A DNA stretch of 64,000 bases from Planctomycetota bacterium (GTDB lineage: Bacteria > Planctomycetota > B15-G4 > JADJEK01). Below the pieces are notes generated by a model. That model saw only the letters and a list, made by a program, of their open reading frames with translations. It searched no databases and was not told the origin of the DNA. Position 1 is the first letter of the stretch; each line of letters starts with the position of its first letter. The DNA lies in NCBI GenBank assembly GCA_044225365.1, contig JBGAIQ010000008.1:64001-128000 (forward strand), written 5' to 3'. Of the stretch, positions 1-9,830 are shown piece after piece. The position numbers and the translations under genes are program-made.

Positions 1-2915
1 AGCGGCGCGCCGGCGCCCGCCGCGATCGCGGTCGTCGGACGCCGTCCCGAGAGTTTCGCCGGTTCGAGATACTCCGCGAGCATCCGGCCCGTCCACGAGA
101 CCTTCTTCACCTTCGGCGCGAGGATCGCCTTGGGTGTGCCCTCGAAGACGATCTTGCCGCCGCCCTTCCCGCCTTCGGGGCCGAGATCGACGATCCAGTC
201 CGCCACTTTCACGACGTCGAGGTTGTGCTCGACGACGACCACGGTGTTGCCGCGATCGACGAGATCCTGCATGGCGGAGATCAACCGTGCGATGTCGGAG
301 AAATGCAGCCCGGTCGTCGGCTCGTCGAGCACGTACAGGGTCTTGCCCGTCGCCGGGCGCGCGAGTTCGGTCGCGAGCTTCAGACGTTGCGCCTCGCCGC
401 CCGACAGCGTCGTCGCGGTCTGCCCCAGTTCCACGTAGCCGAGACCGACCTTCGCCATCGTCTCGAGGAATCGCTTCAGCTTCGGATGGGCGTCGAAGAA
501 GACGAGCGCTTCGTCGACGGTCATGTCGAGCACGTCCTTGATCGACTTGTCCTGGTAGCGGATCTCGAGCGTCTCGCGGTTGTAGCGGCGTCCTTCGCAC
601 GCGTCGCAGACCACCTCGACGTCGGCGAGGAGCTGCATCTCGACGACCTTCACGCCCGCGCCCTCGCACTCCTCGCAGCGACCTCCCGGCTTGTTGAACG
701 AGAAGCGACCCTTCGGGTATCCGCGGGCCTTCGATTCGGGCAGCAATGCGAAGAGATCGCGAATGGGATCGAAGGCGCCGGTGTACGTCGCGGGATTGCT
801 GCGCGGCGTGCGACCGATCGGCGACTGATCGATCTCGATGACCTTGTCGATGTGCTGCACGCCCTCGATCGAGTCGTATTCTCCCGGCGCGTCGAGCGCG
901 CCGTGCAGCTCGCGGGCGAGTGCTCGCTTCAACACGAGATCGACGAGCGTCGACTTGCCCGAGCCCGACACGCCCGTCACCGCGACGAGGCAGCCGAGCG
1001 GGAGCTTCAGATCCACGCCCTTCAGGTTGTGCTGCCGCGCTCCGCGCACGGTGAGGAACGGACCCGTCGCCGGCCGCGGCTTGGTGAGGGCGATCGAGAG
1101 TTCGCCGCGCAGGTACTTCGCCGTTTCCGAGACGGGATGCTGCAGGACGTCGGCCGGCAGACCGGCGGCGACGATGTGGCCGCCTTCGCTGCCCGCGCCC
1201 GGACCCACGTCGACGAGATAGTCCGACGCCAGCATCGTGTCGCGGTCGTGCTCGACCACGAGCACCGTGTTGCCGCGGTCGCGCAGATCGAGCAGGGTCT
1301 CGATGAGGCGATGGTTGTCTCTTTGATGCAGACCGATCGACGGCTCGTCGAGCACGTAGAGCACGCCTTGCAGATTGCTGCCGACCTGCGTCGCGAGGCG
1401 CACCCGCTGCGCTTCGCCACCCGAGAGCGTCGAGGCGCCGCGATCGATCGGCAAGTAGCCGAGTCCGACGTCGACGAGGAACTTCAGACGCGAACGCAGT
1501 TCGCGCAGGATCTCATGGCCGATCTGGGCTTCGACTCCCTTCAATTCCGTGGCGAGGAAGAACGCAGCCAGATCGTCGACGGCGAGTCCCGACAGCTCCG
1601 CGATGTTCTTGCCTTGGAAGCGCACGGCGAGCGCTTCCTTGCGCAAGCGCGCTCCGTTGCAGCCCACGCAGACGTTCTGCGTCATGTAGCGTTCGAGGAA
1701 GTCCGGGTTCCCCATCTCCCACCACTTCTGCATGGTCGGGATGATGCCGGGGATCGCCTTGAAGTCCTCGCGCTTCACGCGCGTGCCCGTCTTCTTGTGC
1801 TCGTACTCGAACGCGAGGTGCAACTTCTCGGTCCCCGATCCGAAGAGCATCACGTGCTGCTGCGCCTTCGTCAGGGTCTTCCACGGCTGATCGAGCGTGA
1901 ACCCGTAGTGCTTGCCGACCTGCTCCAGCGAATCGAGACCGAGGTTGCTGAATGGCAGCACGCCGTTGCTGCCGATTTGCCCGATCGCGCCCTCGCGGAT
2001 CGAGAGCTTCGGATCGCGAACGACCAGGGCCGGGTCGAAGCGACGCTCGATTCCGAGCCCTTCGCACTTGGCGCAGGCGCCGTACGGGGAGTTGAACGAG
2101 AAGAGCCGCGGCTCGAGCTCCGGGAGGTTCACGCCGCAGTCGACGCAGGCGAGCGCGGCGGAGAACTCGTGATGCGCTTCGTCGACGAGGATCGCGACGT
2201 GTCCGGATCCGAGCTCGATCGCCTGGCCGATCGCCTCCGAGAGTCGCACGGCGCCGCGTTCCGGGCCGGCCTGCAGTGCGAAGCGATCGACCACCACCTC
2301 GATCGTGTGCTTCTTCATCCGCTCGAGCGTGATCGGTTCGTCGAGACGCTTCATCTCGCCGTCGACGCGGGCGCGGGCGAAGCCCTTCAGTCGCAAGGCC
2401 GCGAGTTCCTTGCGGTATTCGCCCTTGCGCCCGCGAACGACGGGCGCGAGCACGATCACCGTCGACTTCGCCTTCTTCCCCGCGAGTTCGAGCACGCGGT
2501 CGGCGATCTGATCCTTGGTGAAGGCGGACAGCGCCTTCCCGCACTCGGGACAACTCGGAGTGCCGAGGCGCGAGAGAAGGAGGCGGAGATGATCGTAGAT
2601 CTCGGTGATCGTGCCGACGGTGCTGCGCGGATTGCGGTTCGTCGTCTTCTGATCGATCGAGACCGTGGGCGAGAGGCCGTCGACGCGATCGACGTGCGGT
2701 TTGTCGAGGTTGCCGAGGAACTGCCGGGCGTAGGCCGAGAGAGATTCGACGAACCGGCGCTGACCTTCCTGGAAGATCGTGTCGAACGCGAGCGACGACT
2801 TCCCCGAGCCGGAGACTCCGGTGATGGTCGTGAGCGAACCTCGCGGGATCCGAATGTCGAATCCCTTCAGGTTGTGCTCGCGCGCACCCTGGACGACGAT
2901 CTCCTGGAGTGTCAT
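1..2915 (-). CDS. uvrA: Excinuclease ABC subunit A (3' end runs off window)
   Basis: Hand translation from ATG at 2915: MTLQEIVVQGAREHNLKGFDIRIPRGSLTTITGVSGSGKSSLAFDTIFQEGQRRFVESLSAYARQFL. Two in-frame LSGGEAQR signatures (~1430, ~410) and VVVEHNLDVVKVADWIVDLGPEGG. Missing from the ORF track, consistent with no stop inside the window. Confidence 0.97.
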   Translation of the reverse strand, partial: MTLQEIVVQGAREHNLKGFDIRIPRGSLTTITGVSGSGKSSLAFDTIFQEGQRRFVESLSAYARQFLGNLDKPHVDRVDGLSPTVSIDQKTTNRNPRSTVGTITEIYDHLRLLLSRLGTPSCPECGKALSAFTKDQIADRVLELAGKKAKSTVIVLAPVVRGRKGEYRKELAALRLKGFARARVDGEMKRLDEPITLERMKKHTIEVVVDRFALQAGPERGAVRLSEAIGQAIELGSGHVAILVDEAHHEFSAALACVDCGVNLPELEPRLFSFNSPYGACAKCEGLGIERRFDPALVVRDPKLSIREGAIGQIGSNGVLPFSNLGLDSLEQVGKHYGFTLDQPWKTLTKAQQHVMLFGSGTEKLHLAFEYEHKKTGTRVKREDFKAIPGIIPTMQKWWEMGNPDFLERYMTQNVCVGCNGARLRKEALAVRFQGKNIAELSGLAVDDLAAFFLATELKGVEAQIGHEILRELRSRLKFLVDVGLGYLPIDRGASTLSGGEAQRVRLATQVGSNLQGVLYVLDEPSIGLHQRDNHRLIETLLDLRDRGNTVLVVEHDRDTMLASDYLVDVGPGAGSEGGHIVAAGLPADVLQHPVSETAKYLRGELSIALTKPRPATGPFLTVRGARQHNLKGVDLKLPLGCLVAVTGVSGSGKSTLVDLVLKRALARELHGALDAPGEYDSIEGVQHIDKVIEIDQSPIGRTPRSNPATYTGAFDPIRDLFALLPESKARGYPKGRFSFNKPGGRCEECEGAGVKVVEMQLLADVEVVCDACEGRRYNRETLEIRYQDKSIKDVLDMTVDEALVFFDAHPKLKRFLETMAKVGLGYVELGQTATTLSGGEAQRLKLATELARPATGKTLYVLDEPTTGLHFSDIARLISAMQDLVDRGNTVVVVEHNLDVVKVADWIVDLGPEGGKGGGKIVFEGTPKAILAPKVKKVSWTGRMLAEYLEPAKLSGRRPTTAIAAGAGAP

Positions 2916-3102
2916 CGCTCTTGCTTTTCGGGTTGGTCGGGAAGCCGTCGAGTCTAAACCGCACTCGCGCGACCGAACAATCGGGCAATTGGGAAATTCA
3001 GCCTTCGCTCGTCGTCGCCGATCGCGCGACCCTCGAGTCTCGAGGACTCGTTATCTTGTTGGTCGTCGAACGACCCCTTTCACGAAGACACCCGGAGCTC
3101 CG

Positions 3103-4122
3103 ATGCGGCTGCTCGCCCTCGCACTGTTCGCCACGACAGCGTTCGTCCTCGTCCCGACCGGAGTCTTCGAAGCCGCCGGTGGGAGCGCGAAGTCGACGAC
3201 CGATGCGCTCGCCACGAGCGTGCGTGCCTGGCTCGACTCGCTCGAGACCAAATCGCGCGAGCGCGCGAAGTTCGCGTTCGAGGACGAGGAGCGCAAGAAC
3301 TGGCACTACATCCCGCGCGAGCGCCGCGGTCTGCCGTTGAAGGCGATGAACCCACAGGAACGCGCGGCGACCGACGTCCTGCTCCACGCGGTGTTGCCGC
3401 CGCGCGGATTCGACGCCGTGAAGCGGATCATGGCCCTCGAGGACGTCCTCCACGACATCGAGAAGAGCGACGTGCGAGATCGCGAGAAGTACTTCGTCTC
3501 GGTGTTCGGCGAGCCCGACGACAAGAAACCGTTCGGCGTGCGGTACGAAGGACATCACGTCGCGATCGATCTCACGGCAGTCGGCGGCAAGCGCACGTTC
3601 ACGCCGTTCTTCCTCGGCACCAATCCCGCCGAAGTCCGATCCGGACCGAAGAAGGGCGAGCGCGTCCTCGGCGAGATCAGCGATCGTGGTTACCAGATCC
3701 TGAAGTCGCTGAACGCCGACCAATTGAAGGCCGCTCGGATCTCCGACACGGTGCCCCCGGACGTGAAATTCGCTCCGGGCACGGCCGTGGAGACCTCGCC
3801 GCGACCCGGCCTCGGCCTCGATCTCCTCAATCCGGGTCAGTTCATCCTTGTCAACGTATTGCTCCAAACCATCGGCGAGCTCGCGATCGTGGACGACCGG
3901 GCGCCGCGATTCGATCCTCATTTCGACAAGAGCTCGCTCGCGTTCGCGGGAACCCTCGAGCCAGGCACTCCGCTCTACTTCCGTTTCACCCTCGACGACG
4001 ACATCGTGCTCGAATACGTGAACATCCAGAACGATGCGAACCACGTGCATTTCCTGGTGCGTTCGAAGAGCAGCGATTTCGGGGCGAATCTCCTCACCGA
4101 GCACCTGAAGAGCGAACACTGA
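3103..4122 (+). CDS. DUF3500-family secreted protein
   Basis: Signal peptide MRLLALALFATTAFVLVP; motifs WHYIPRERRGLPL, KYFVSVFGEP, VRYEGHHVAI, TPFFLGTNPAEV, NHVHFLVR..DFG. Confidence 0.8.
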   Translation: MRLLALALFATTAFVLVPTGVFEAAGGSAKSTTDALATSVRAWLDSLETKSRERAKFAFEDEERKNWHYIPRERRGLPLKAMNPQERAATDVLLHAVLPPRGFDAVKRIMALEDVLHDIEKSDVRDREKYFVSVFGEPDDKKPFGVRYEGHHVAIDLTAVGGKRTFTPFFLGTNPAEVRSGPKKGERVLGEISDRGYQILKSLNADQLKAARISDTVPPDVKFAPGTAVETSPRPGLGLDLLNPGQFILVNVLLQTIGELAIVDDRAPRFDPHFDKSSLAFAGTLEPGTPLYFRFTLDDDIVLEYVNIQNDANHVHFLVRSKSSDFGANLLTEHLKSEH

Positions 4123-4370
4123 TCCGCGAATCGATTCGCATCGTCACCAACCGCGCCCCATTGCCTTTCGTAGTTCCTTCCGTAATCGAAGTTGTTCCGT
4201 CCTGCCTTGCGCGTTGGTGTTACCCTGAAAGCGCTGCTGCTCTCGCTCGCGCCCCCCCTGCCCAACCCGGGAACCGCGCAATGCGTGAGCACGTACCCCA
4301 AGTGCGTCGCCTCGAGCCCAGCCCCCACTCTCGAACGCGATGCCTCCGACCAGGAAGAGAATCTCGAATC

Positions 4371-5729
4371 ATGAAGACGCCCCTCTCCCGACTCCCCGTC
4401 CTCGTTGCAGTGGCAACCGCGCTCGCGGGTGCAACCCTCTGCGTCCCATCGGCCCTTGCCGGTTCGTCCTGGCAGCCCGTCACCTCGGCGACCGCCCTCA
4501 GCGCGCACTCGGCGAGCGCTTCGGCCTACGACGAGGTCAGCGGCAAGATGATCCTCTTCGGTGGCTACGACGACACGAGCTACCTCAACGACACGTGGGC
4601 GTTCGACGGCCTCACGTGGACCAAGCTGAACACCACGGGATCGCCGTCCCCCCGAGCGGCCTCGCGCATGGCGTACGACTCCGTCGCGAAGAAGCTCGTG
4701 CTCTTCGGCGGTTTCAACGGCAGCGCCTACCTCGGGGACACCTGGATCTTCGACGGTGCGAACAACACCTGGACCCAGGCGAGCCCGGGCGTATCGCCGA
4801 AGGCCGTCACCGCGCCGATGATGTTCACCGATCCCGTGAACGGCCATGCGGTGGTCTACGGCGGCTACGACGGCCACTTCTACCAGTTGACCACCTACCG
4901 CTGGACGGGAACGACCTGGCAGAACCTGAATCCCGCGACGTCGCCGTGGGCGCGCTCCGCCGGAGCGGTCGCGCTGAATCCCGTGACGCACAAGGTCGTG
5001 CTCTTCGGCGGCCTCGGCAGCGTCAACCCCTGGAACACTTGGGAATGGAACGGCACCAATTGGGCGCAGCTCAATCCGGCCCAACAACCCGATCTCCGCT
5101 ACGACTCCGCGGCGGCGTACGACCCGCACTTCGGCGGCGTGGTGCTCTTCGGCGGTGGCTCGGGCGGTCAGCAGATCGACGACACCTGGCTGTGGAACGG
5201 CACGAACTGGACGCCGATCACCACGAACTCGACGCCCGGGCCGCGCGAGAGCTTCGGCATGGCGTTCGTCCCGGCTCTCAACCACATCGTGATCGCGGGC
5301 GGTGAGGACTCGTCGCAGATCTTCAGCGACACTTGGACCTTCCTCGATCCCGGCACGTTCACGACGATCGGCAACGGAACGGGCGGCGCACTCGGACCGC
5401 CGCACGTCTTCGCGAGCGGCGATCTGACGCCGGGCAGTCTGCTCGGCGCGAAGTTCGACTTCATCAACACGCAGCCGAACGCCCCGGGCGTGATCTTCCT
5501 CGGCACCACGCAGGTGTCCTTGCCCTTCGACGGCGGCTTCCTCTACACATTGCCGATCCAGTTCGCGCTCCCGATCGCGACCAACGCGCAAGGCAAGCTC
5601 TCGCTGACCGCGCCGATCCCGGTCGGCGTCCCGTCGGGAGCGAGCTTCATCCTGCAGGGCTGGTTCCAGGACAACACGTCGATCTTCCACGTCGGCAGCA
5701 CGAACGGCATCCTGGCCACCGTGCCCTGA
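4371..5729 (+). CDS. Secreted kelch-type beta-propeller protein with ~120-aa C-terminal domain
   Basis: Signal peptide; about 6 repeats of AYD....VLFGG....DTW.(F/W)DG..W; C-terminal domain shared with 9831..12161 and 22776..23747. Confidence 0.88.
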   Translation: MKTPLSRLPVLVAVATALAGATLCVPSALAGSSWQPVTSATALSAHSASASAYDEVSGKMILFGGYDDTSYLNDTWAFDGLTWTKLNTTGSPSPRAASRMAYDSVAKKLVLFGGFNGSAYLGDTWIFDGANNTWTQASPGVSPKAVTAPMMFTDPVNGHAVVYGGYDGHFYQLTTYRWTGTTWQNLNPATSPWARSAGAVALNPVTHKVVLFGGLGSVNPWNTWEWNGTNWAQLNPAQQPDLRYDSAAAYDPHFGGVVLFGGGSGGQQIDDTWLWNGTNWTPITTNSTPGPRESFGMAFVPALNHIVIAGGEDSSQIFSDTWTFLDPGTFTTIGNGTGGALGPPHVFASGDLTPGSLLGAKFDFINTQPNAPGVIFLGTTQVSLPFDGGFLYTLPIQFALPIATNAQGKLSLTAPIPVGVPSGASFILQGWFQDNTSIFHVGSTNGILATVP

Positions 5730-5895
5730 CGAGACCCGCATCGCATTCCGTCCCTCGCGGACGGATCCCATGCCTCGCGCGAGCTCGTCATCGCGCGAGG
5801 CGCTCGTCGTTCTCGCGATGCGTGTTACGCCGGGGAACTCCCGCGCTACACGTTTCGTCCGAAGCGAATCCCTCGCCGTTTGGAAGGAGTGACGA

Positions 5896-7191
5896 ATGGA
5901 ACCGCGACGCAGGCCGAGTTGCCCGTGGCAATTCATCGGTCGGAGCATTGGCCGAAACATAGGTCGAAGGGCCGCACGCGCCGGCCTCCTCGCCGGCCTC
6001 GTTGCGTCGAGCGCCTACGGCGGCAAACACGGGTTCGCGGACAAGCCACACGGTGGTGCGACGGATCCGCGTATCGAGGTGCTCGCATCCACGGGCGCAC
6101 CGGGAATCGCGCTGCAGCCGACGGACGCGGACTACGCCCCCTGCGGCGCCTACCTCTACGAAGCGGCGGACGCGTCGTCGGGACACATGACCGTCGCTCC
6201 GCTCCCGACGCTTCCGGAAACCCTCCCGCTGTCCCACGACCCGACGCTCCACAATGCGTGGATCGCGTTGCGGTTCCCGTTCAAGATCTCGAGCGACAAG
6301 GTTCGCAACACGATCTTCCAGTCGACGTCGCTCGGCATCCCGAACTCGTTCCTCCAATCGACGATCTCGGTCGTCGACGAGAACGGCGCGCACGTGCCAG
6401 TCACCGCGACCGTCGGCGGGGTCGACGCGTTCGGACTGAATCGGTTCGCCGATGCCGGATTTCCACAACTGATGGACGGGCCGAAGAACGTCCTCGCGGG
6501 CAAGGACACATTGCTCCTCATCGCCGAGGAGGGCGACAACGACCTCTCGACCGCAGCGAATTTCGGACCTGACCCGCTGGTCCCCGCGCTCTCGCTGATC
6601 CACGAGATCCACATCGCGATCGAGAGCCTTGGGGGCATCACGATGCATGCCGAGTTCGAGGTCCGGATCGGCAATCTCGGCACCGCGAACCTGTCGGTCG
6701 TCGGCGTCGAAGCGACTCATCCGAAGTCGCCGGCCGAATTCGACGACGACGGGAACCTGGTCGTCGAATCCAACTCCGACTTCCGGATCCGCTTCAACCA
6801 TCCGATCGATCCTGCCTCCGCGGGGATCTCCAAAGCGGTCGCCAAATCTCTGGGTATCCCTTGGCAAAAGAACCTCGCCATCACGACGAGCCCCTGCTCG
6901 GCGACGAGCGCATTCCCTAGCGGCGACCCGATCGCGCCCAACCTCCTTTTCACGGAGCTGACGACGCAGGAGACGCTGGCCTTCGACATTCGGCCGGTCA
7001 ATCCGAACAACCTCGCGGAGTACGTGATCTCGCCGCTCAAGAAGTTGAAGCCGGGGGTGTACGAGGTGCGGGCTCTCGGGATCGACACACATACGGTCGT
7101 GACGAACCAGATCAGCGTGTCCTCCGCGCCGACGACGCAGTACGGCGACATCCTCGCCACGGACGCCTTCTTGTCCTTCGCCGTGAAGTGA
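5896..7191 (+). CDS. Hypothetical secreted protein, probably Ig-like/beta-rich
   Basis: AGGAG upstream of ATG; hydrophobic [14 protein letters not shown] segment; beta-strand-rich sequence with [11 protein letters not shown] (Big-like). Confidence 0.7.
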   Translation: MEPRRRPSCPWQFIGRSIGRNIGRRAARAGLLAGLVASSAYGGKHGFADKPHGGATDPRIEVLASTGAPGIALQPTDADYAPCGAYLYEAADASSGHMTVAPLPTLPETLPLSHDPTLHNAWIALRFPFKISSDKVRNTIFQSTSLGIPNSFLQSTISVVDENGAHVPVTATVGGVDAFGLNRFADAGFPQLMDGPKNVLAGKDTLLLIAEEGDNDLSTAANFGPDPLVPALSLIHEIHIAIESLGGITMHAEFEVRIGNLGTANLSVVGVEATHPKSPAEFDDDGNLVVESNSDFRIRFNHPIDPASAGISKAVAKSLGIPWQKNLAITTSPCSATSAFPSGDPIAPNLLFTELTTQETLAFDIRPVNPNNLAEYVISPLKKLKPGVYEVRALGIDTHTVVTNQISVSSAPTTQYGDILATDAFLSFAVK

Positions 7192-7285
7192 GACGATCGC
7201 GGGATCGAGCTGTGCGACTCCGCAGTTGTCTTTCGGGGTCGATTTCCGTTCTAATGGCACGGTCACCGGACCTGCGGACGGAATC

Positions 7286-8116
7286 GTGCGCGCGAACAAG
7301 AGCCTCCTCGACCTGAAGACCCTCGTCGTGACCGAGCGACCCCTCAAGAAGGTCGTCGTGGTCATGCCGGCCTACAACGCCGAGGGCACCCTCGAGCGGA
7401 CCTTCAAGGACATCCCGCGCGACGTCGTCCACGAGATCATCCTGGTCGACGACGTCTCTCGCGACGGAACCGTCGACGTCGCGCGCGGTCTCGGGATCAC
7501 GACGATCCGCCACGAGAACAACCGCGGCTACGGCGGCAATCAGAAGACGTGCTATCGCGCCGCTCTCGAGGCGGGCGCCGACATCGTCATCATGCTGCAC
7601 CCGGACTACCAGTACGACGCGCGGGTCATCCCCGCGATGGTGCAGTTCCTCCGACTCTCGATCTGCGACGCCGTGCTCGGCTCCCGGATCCGCACCCGCC
7701 GCGAAGCGCTGGCCTGCGGAATGCCGTGGTGGAAGTACGTCGCGAATCGCCTCCTCACGCTCTTCGAGAATCTCGCGATGGGAGTGAACCTCGGCGACGC
7801 GCACACGGGCCTTCGTGCCTACACCCGAGAAGTGCTCGAGACGATCCCGTTCGAGGAGAACTCGGACGACTTCGTGTTCGATTCGCAGTTCCTCTCGCAG
7901 CTCGTCTATTTCCGCTTCCGCATCGGCGACGTGCCGGTCCCGACTCGTTACTTCAAACAGGCGTCGTCGATCGATTTCACGCGCAGTTGCCGCTACGGCC
8001 TGCTCACGCTGTGGTCGATGCTCGAACTGAATCTCGCTCGGATCGGGCTCGTCGATCTCGCACGTTATCGCGACAGGAAGTCGAAGCTCCCCCCGGCCAC
8101 TCCGACGAACCCGTGA
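7286..8116 (+). CDS. GT2 glycosyltransferase, polyprenol-phosphate sugar synthase (DPM/ArnC-like)
   Basis: [52 protein letters not shown]. Start uncertain (7226-7328). Confidence 0.88.
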   Translation: MRANKSLLDLKTLVVTERPLKKVVVVMPAYNAEGTLERTFKDIPRDVVHEIILVDDVSRDGTVDVARGLGITTIRHENNRGYGGNQKTCYRAALEAGADIVIMLHPDYQYDARVIPAMVQFLRLSICDAVLGSRIRTRREALACGMPWWKYVANRLLTLFENLAMGVNLGDAHTGLRAYTREVLETIPFEENSDDFVFDSQFLSQLVYFRFRIGDVPVPTRYFKQASSIDFTRSCRYGLLTLWSMLELNLARIGLVDLARYRDRKSKLPPATPTNP

Positions 8117-9669
8117 AACGGATCGCGGCGGCGGCCGTCCTGTTCTACGTCTTCCTGCTCGTCGCGAAGCTCGTCGCCGCGGCGAGGCTCTCGCTGTTCG
8201 GCGATGAAGCGTTCTACTTCGAATGCGCACGGCGCCTCGCGCTCGCCTACAGCGACCATCCCTTCATGACCGCGCTCTTCGTCCGCGGCGGGATCGAGAT
8301 CTTCGGACCCACGACGTTCGCGACGCGCTTCCTGTTCATCGTGGTCGGAGCGGCGATGCCGTTCCTCGTCTACGCGCTCGGTCGCCCGCACGTCTCAACG
8401 CGCGACGCATTCCTCGGCGCGTGCCTCTCGCTCCTCGTGCCCGCGACGGCGTGGTTCGGAGTGCTCGCGATTCCCGATGCGCCGCTCATGCTCTTCGTCG
8501 GGCTGTCCCTCCTCGCGTTCGATCGAGCGGTTCGCAGTGGCAGTCCGGGATGGTTCGCCCTCGCCGGGATCGCGACGGCACTCGGCCTCGCGACGCATCT
8601 TCGCTTCGTCTTCGTCCCGTTCGCGTTCTTCGTGTTCCTGCTCGCGACACCTCTGGGGCGCGCGCAGTGGAAACGACTCGGGCTCTATCTCTACACGCTC
8701 GTCGCTCTACCCGGCTTCCTCCCCGTGCTGCTCTTGAACATCGCGGAGGACTTCCGCCCATTGAAGTTCCAAGGCGAGGAGCGGCACGAAGGCGGCGCGC
8801 AGCTCGACGGGATCCTGAAGCACGTCCCCGCGCAGATGGCCGCCTGCACTCCCCTGCTCTACGTCGCGCTCATCGCGACGCTGATCGTCGTCACGCGGCG
8901 AGCGTTCGCTTCGCGACCGCAGAAGGAGTCGACTCCCGCGCTCTTCGCGCTCGTCTCCCTCGTGCACCTCGGCGTGTTCTTCGCGACGAGTCCGATCGCC
9001 GACACCTCGCACGCCTCGATCCACTGGCCGGCGCCCGGGTATCTCCCTTTGCTTCCATTCGTGCCGGGAGTGCTTCGGGAGTTCTGTTCGCGCGGCGCGG
9101 TCGTGGTCCGCCGCGCACTCACGCGATTCGCACTGGCGTTCGCCGGAATCGTGTTGATGCTCGCATTCCTCGAACTCATGGCGCATCCGTTCGAGATCGA
9201 AGCCTTGAAGAAGCCGTTCACCGGCTACGAAGTCGCCGCGGCCTCGGTCGAGAAGGAACTCTTGGCGAACCCATCGCACTACGGCGCGCCTCCTCTCGTC
9301 GTCGCGGATCACTACATCCTCGGCGGCAATCTCGAACAGCAGTTGCTCGAAAAGGGCATCGCGATCGATCTCTTCGTCCTCGATCATGCGAAGAACCGCG
9401 AGCACGGGCGAGCGCTGCAGTACGAGCTCTGGCGCATGGACGAGCCTTCGCTCGCAAGGCTTCGCGCGGGACGGACCGCCCTCGTCATCGCCGAGAAGAA
9501 CCAGTCCTCCGGCGGCAAGACGCGCCCGCAGAGCTGGGGTCGCTGGGAGCCCCACATCGCAGGCCTCTTCGAGACGCTCACGCCGCTCGATCGCGTCGTG
9601 AAGGAATCGGGCGGGAAGGAGCCTCGCGACTTCCGCCTCTATCGCGGCGACTCCGTCAAGGGTCGGTGA
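8113..9669 (+). CDS. ArnT/PMT-like GT-C membrane glycosyltransferase
   Basis: GTG overlaps the upstream stop (GTGA); DEAFY...LALAYSDHP motif after the first TM; many TM helices; [13 protein letters not shown]. Confidence 0.85.
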   Translation: MKRIAAAAVLFYVFLLVAKLVAAARLSLFGDEAFYFECARRLALAYSDHPFMTALFVRGGIEIFGPTTFATRFLFIVVGAAMPFLVYALGRPHVSTRDAFLGACLSLLVPATAWFGVLAIPDAPLMLFVGLSLLAFDRAVRSGSPGWFALAGIATALGLATHLRFVFVPFAFFVFLLATPLGRAQWKRLGLYLYTLVALPGFLPVLLLNIAEDFRPLKFQGEERHEGGAQLDGILKHVPAQMAACTPLLYVALIATLIVVTRRAFASRPQKESTPALFALVSLVHLGVFFATSPIADTSHASIHWPAPGYLPLLPFVPGVLREFCSRGAVVVRRALTRFALAFAGIVLMLAFLELMAHPFEIEALKKPFTGYEVAAASVEKELLANPSHYGAPPLVVADHYILGGNLEQQLLEKGIAIDLFVLDHAKNREHGRALQYELWRMDEPSLARLRAGRTALVIAEKNQSSGGKTRPQSWGRWEPHIAGLFETLTPLDRVVKESGGKEPRDFRLYRGDSVKGR

Positions 9670-9830
9670 GCTCCCGTCAGCCGCGACATGGCGTCGCACA
9701 CCCGCACGCCGGGCGATCATGAGGTATCATTCCCGGTTGCCTGCCGGGTGAACCCGGATAGAACGCGCGACTGGGAGATCCGCCCAGCGCTAGAGATCGA
9801 ATCCCCGACCGTTCGAGCCGCCCTACACCG

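Noticed and set aside
225-2957. 910-aa + strand ORF
   Set aside because: Antisense shadow of uvrA, typical of high-GC codon bias; the real gene is on the - strand.
4123-4370. Search for a shared sigma54 or other motif upstream of the CTD-bearing genes (also 9670-9830)
   Set aside because: No correctly spaced site or common motif found by eye.
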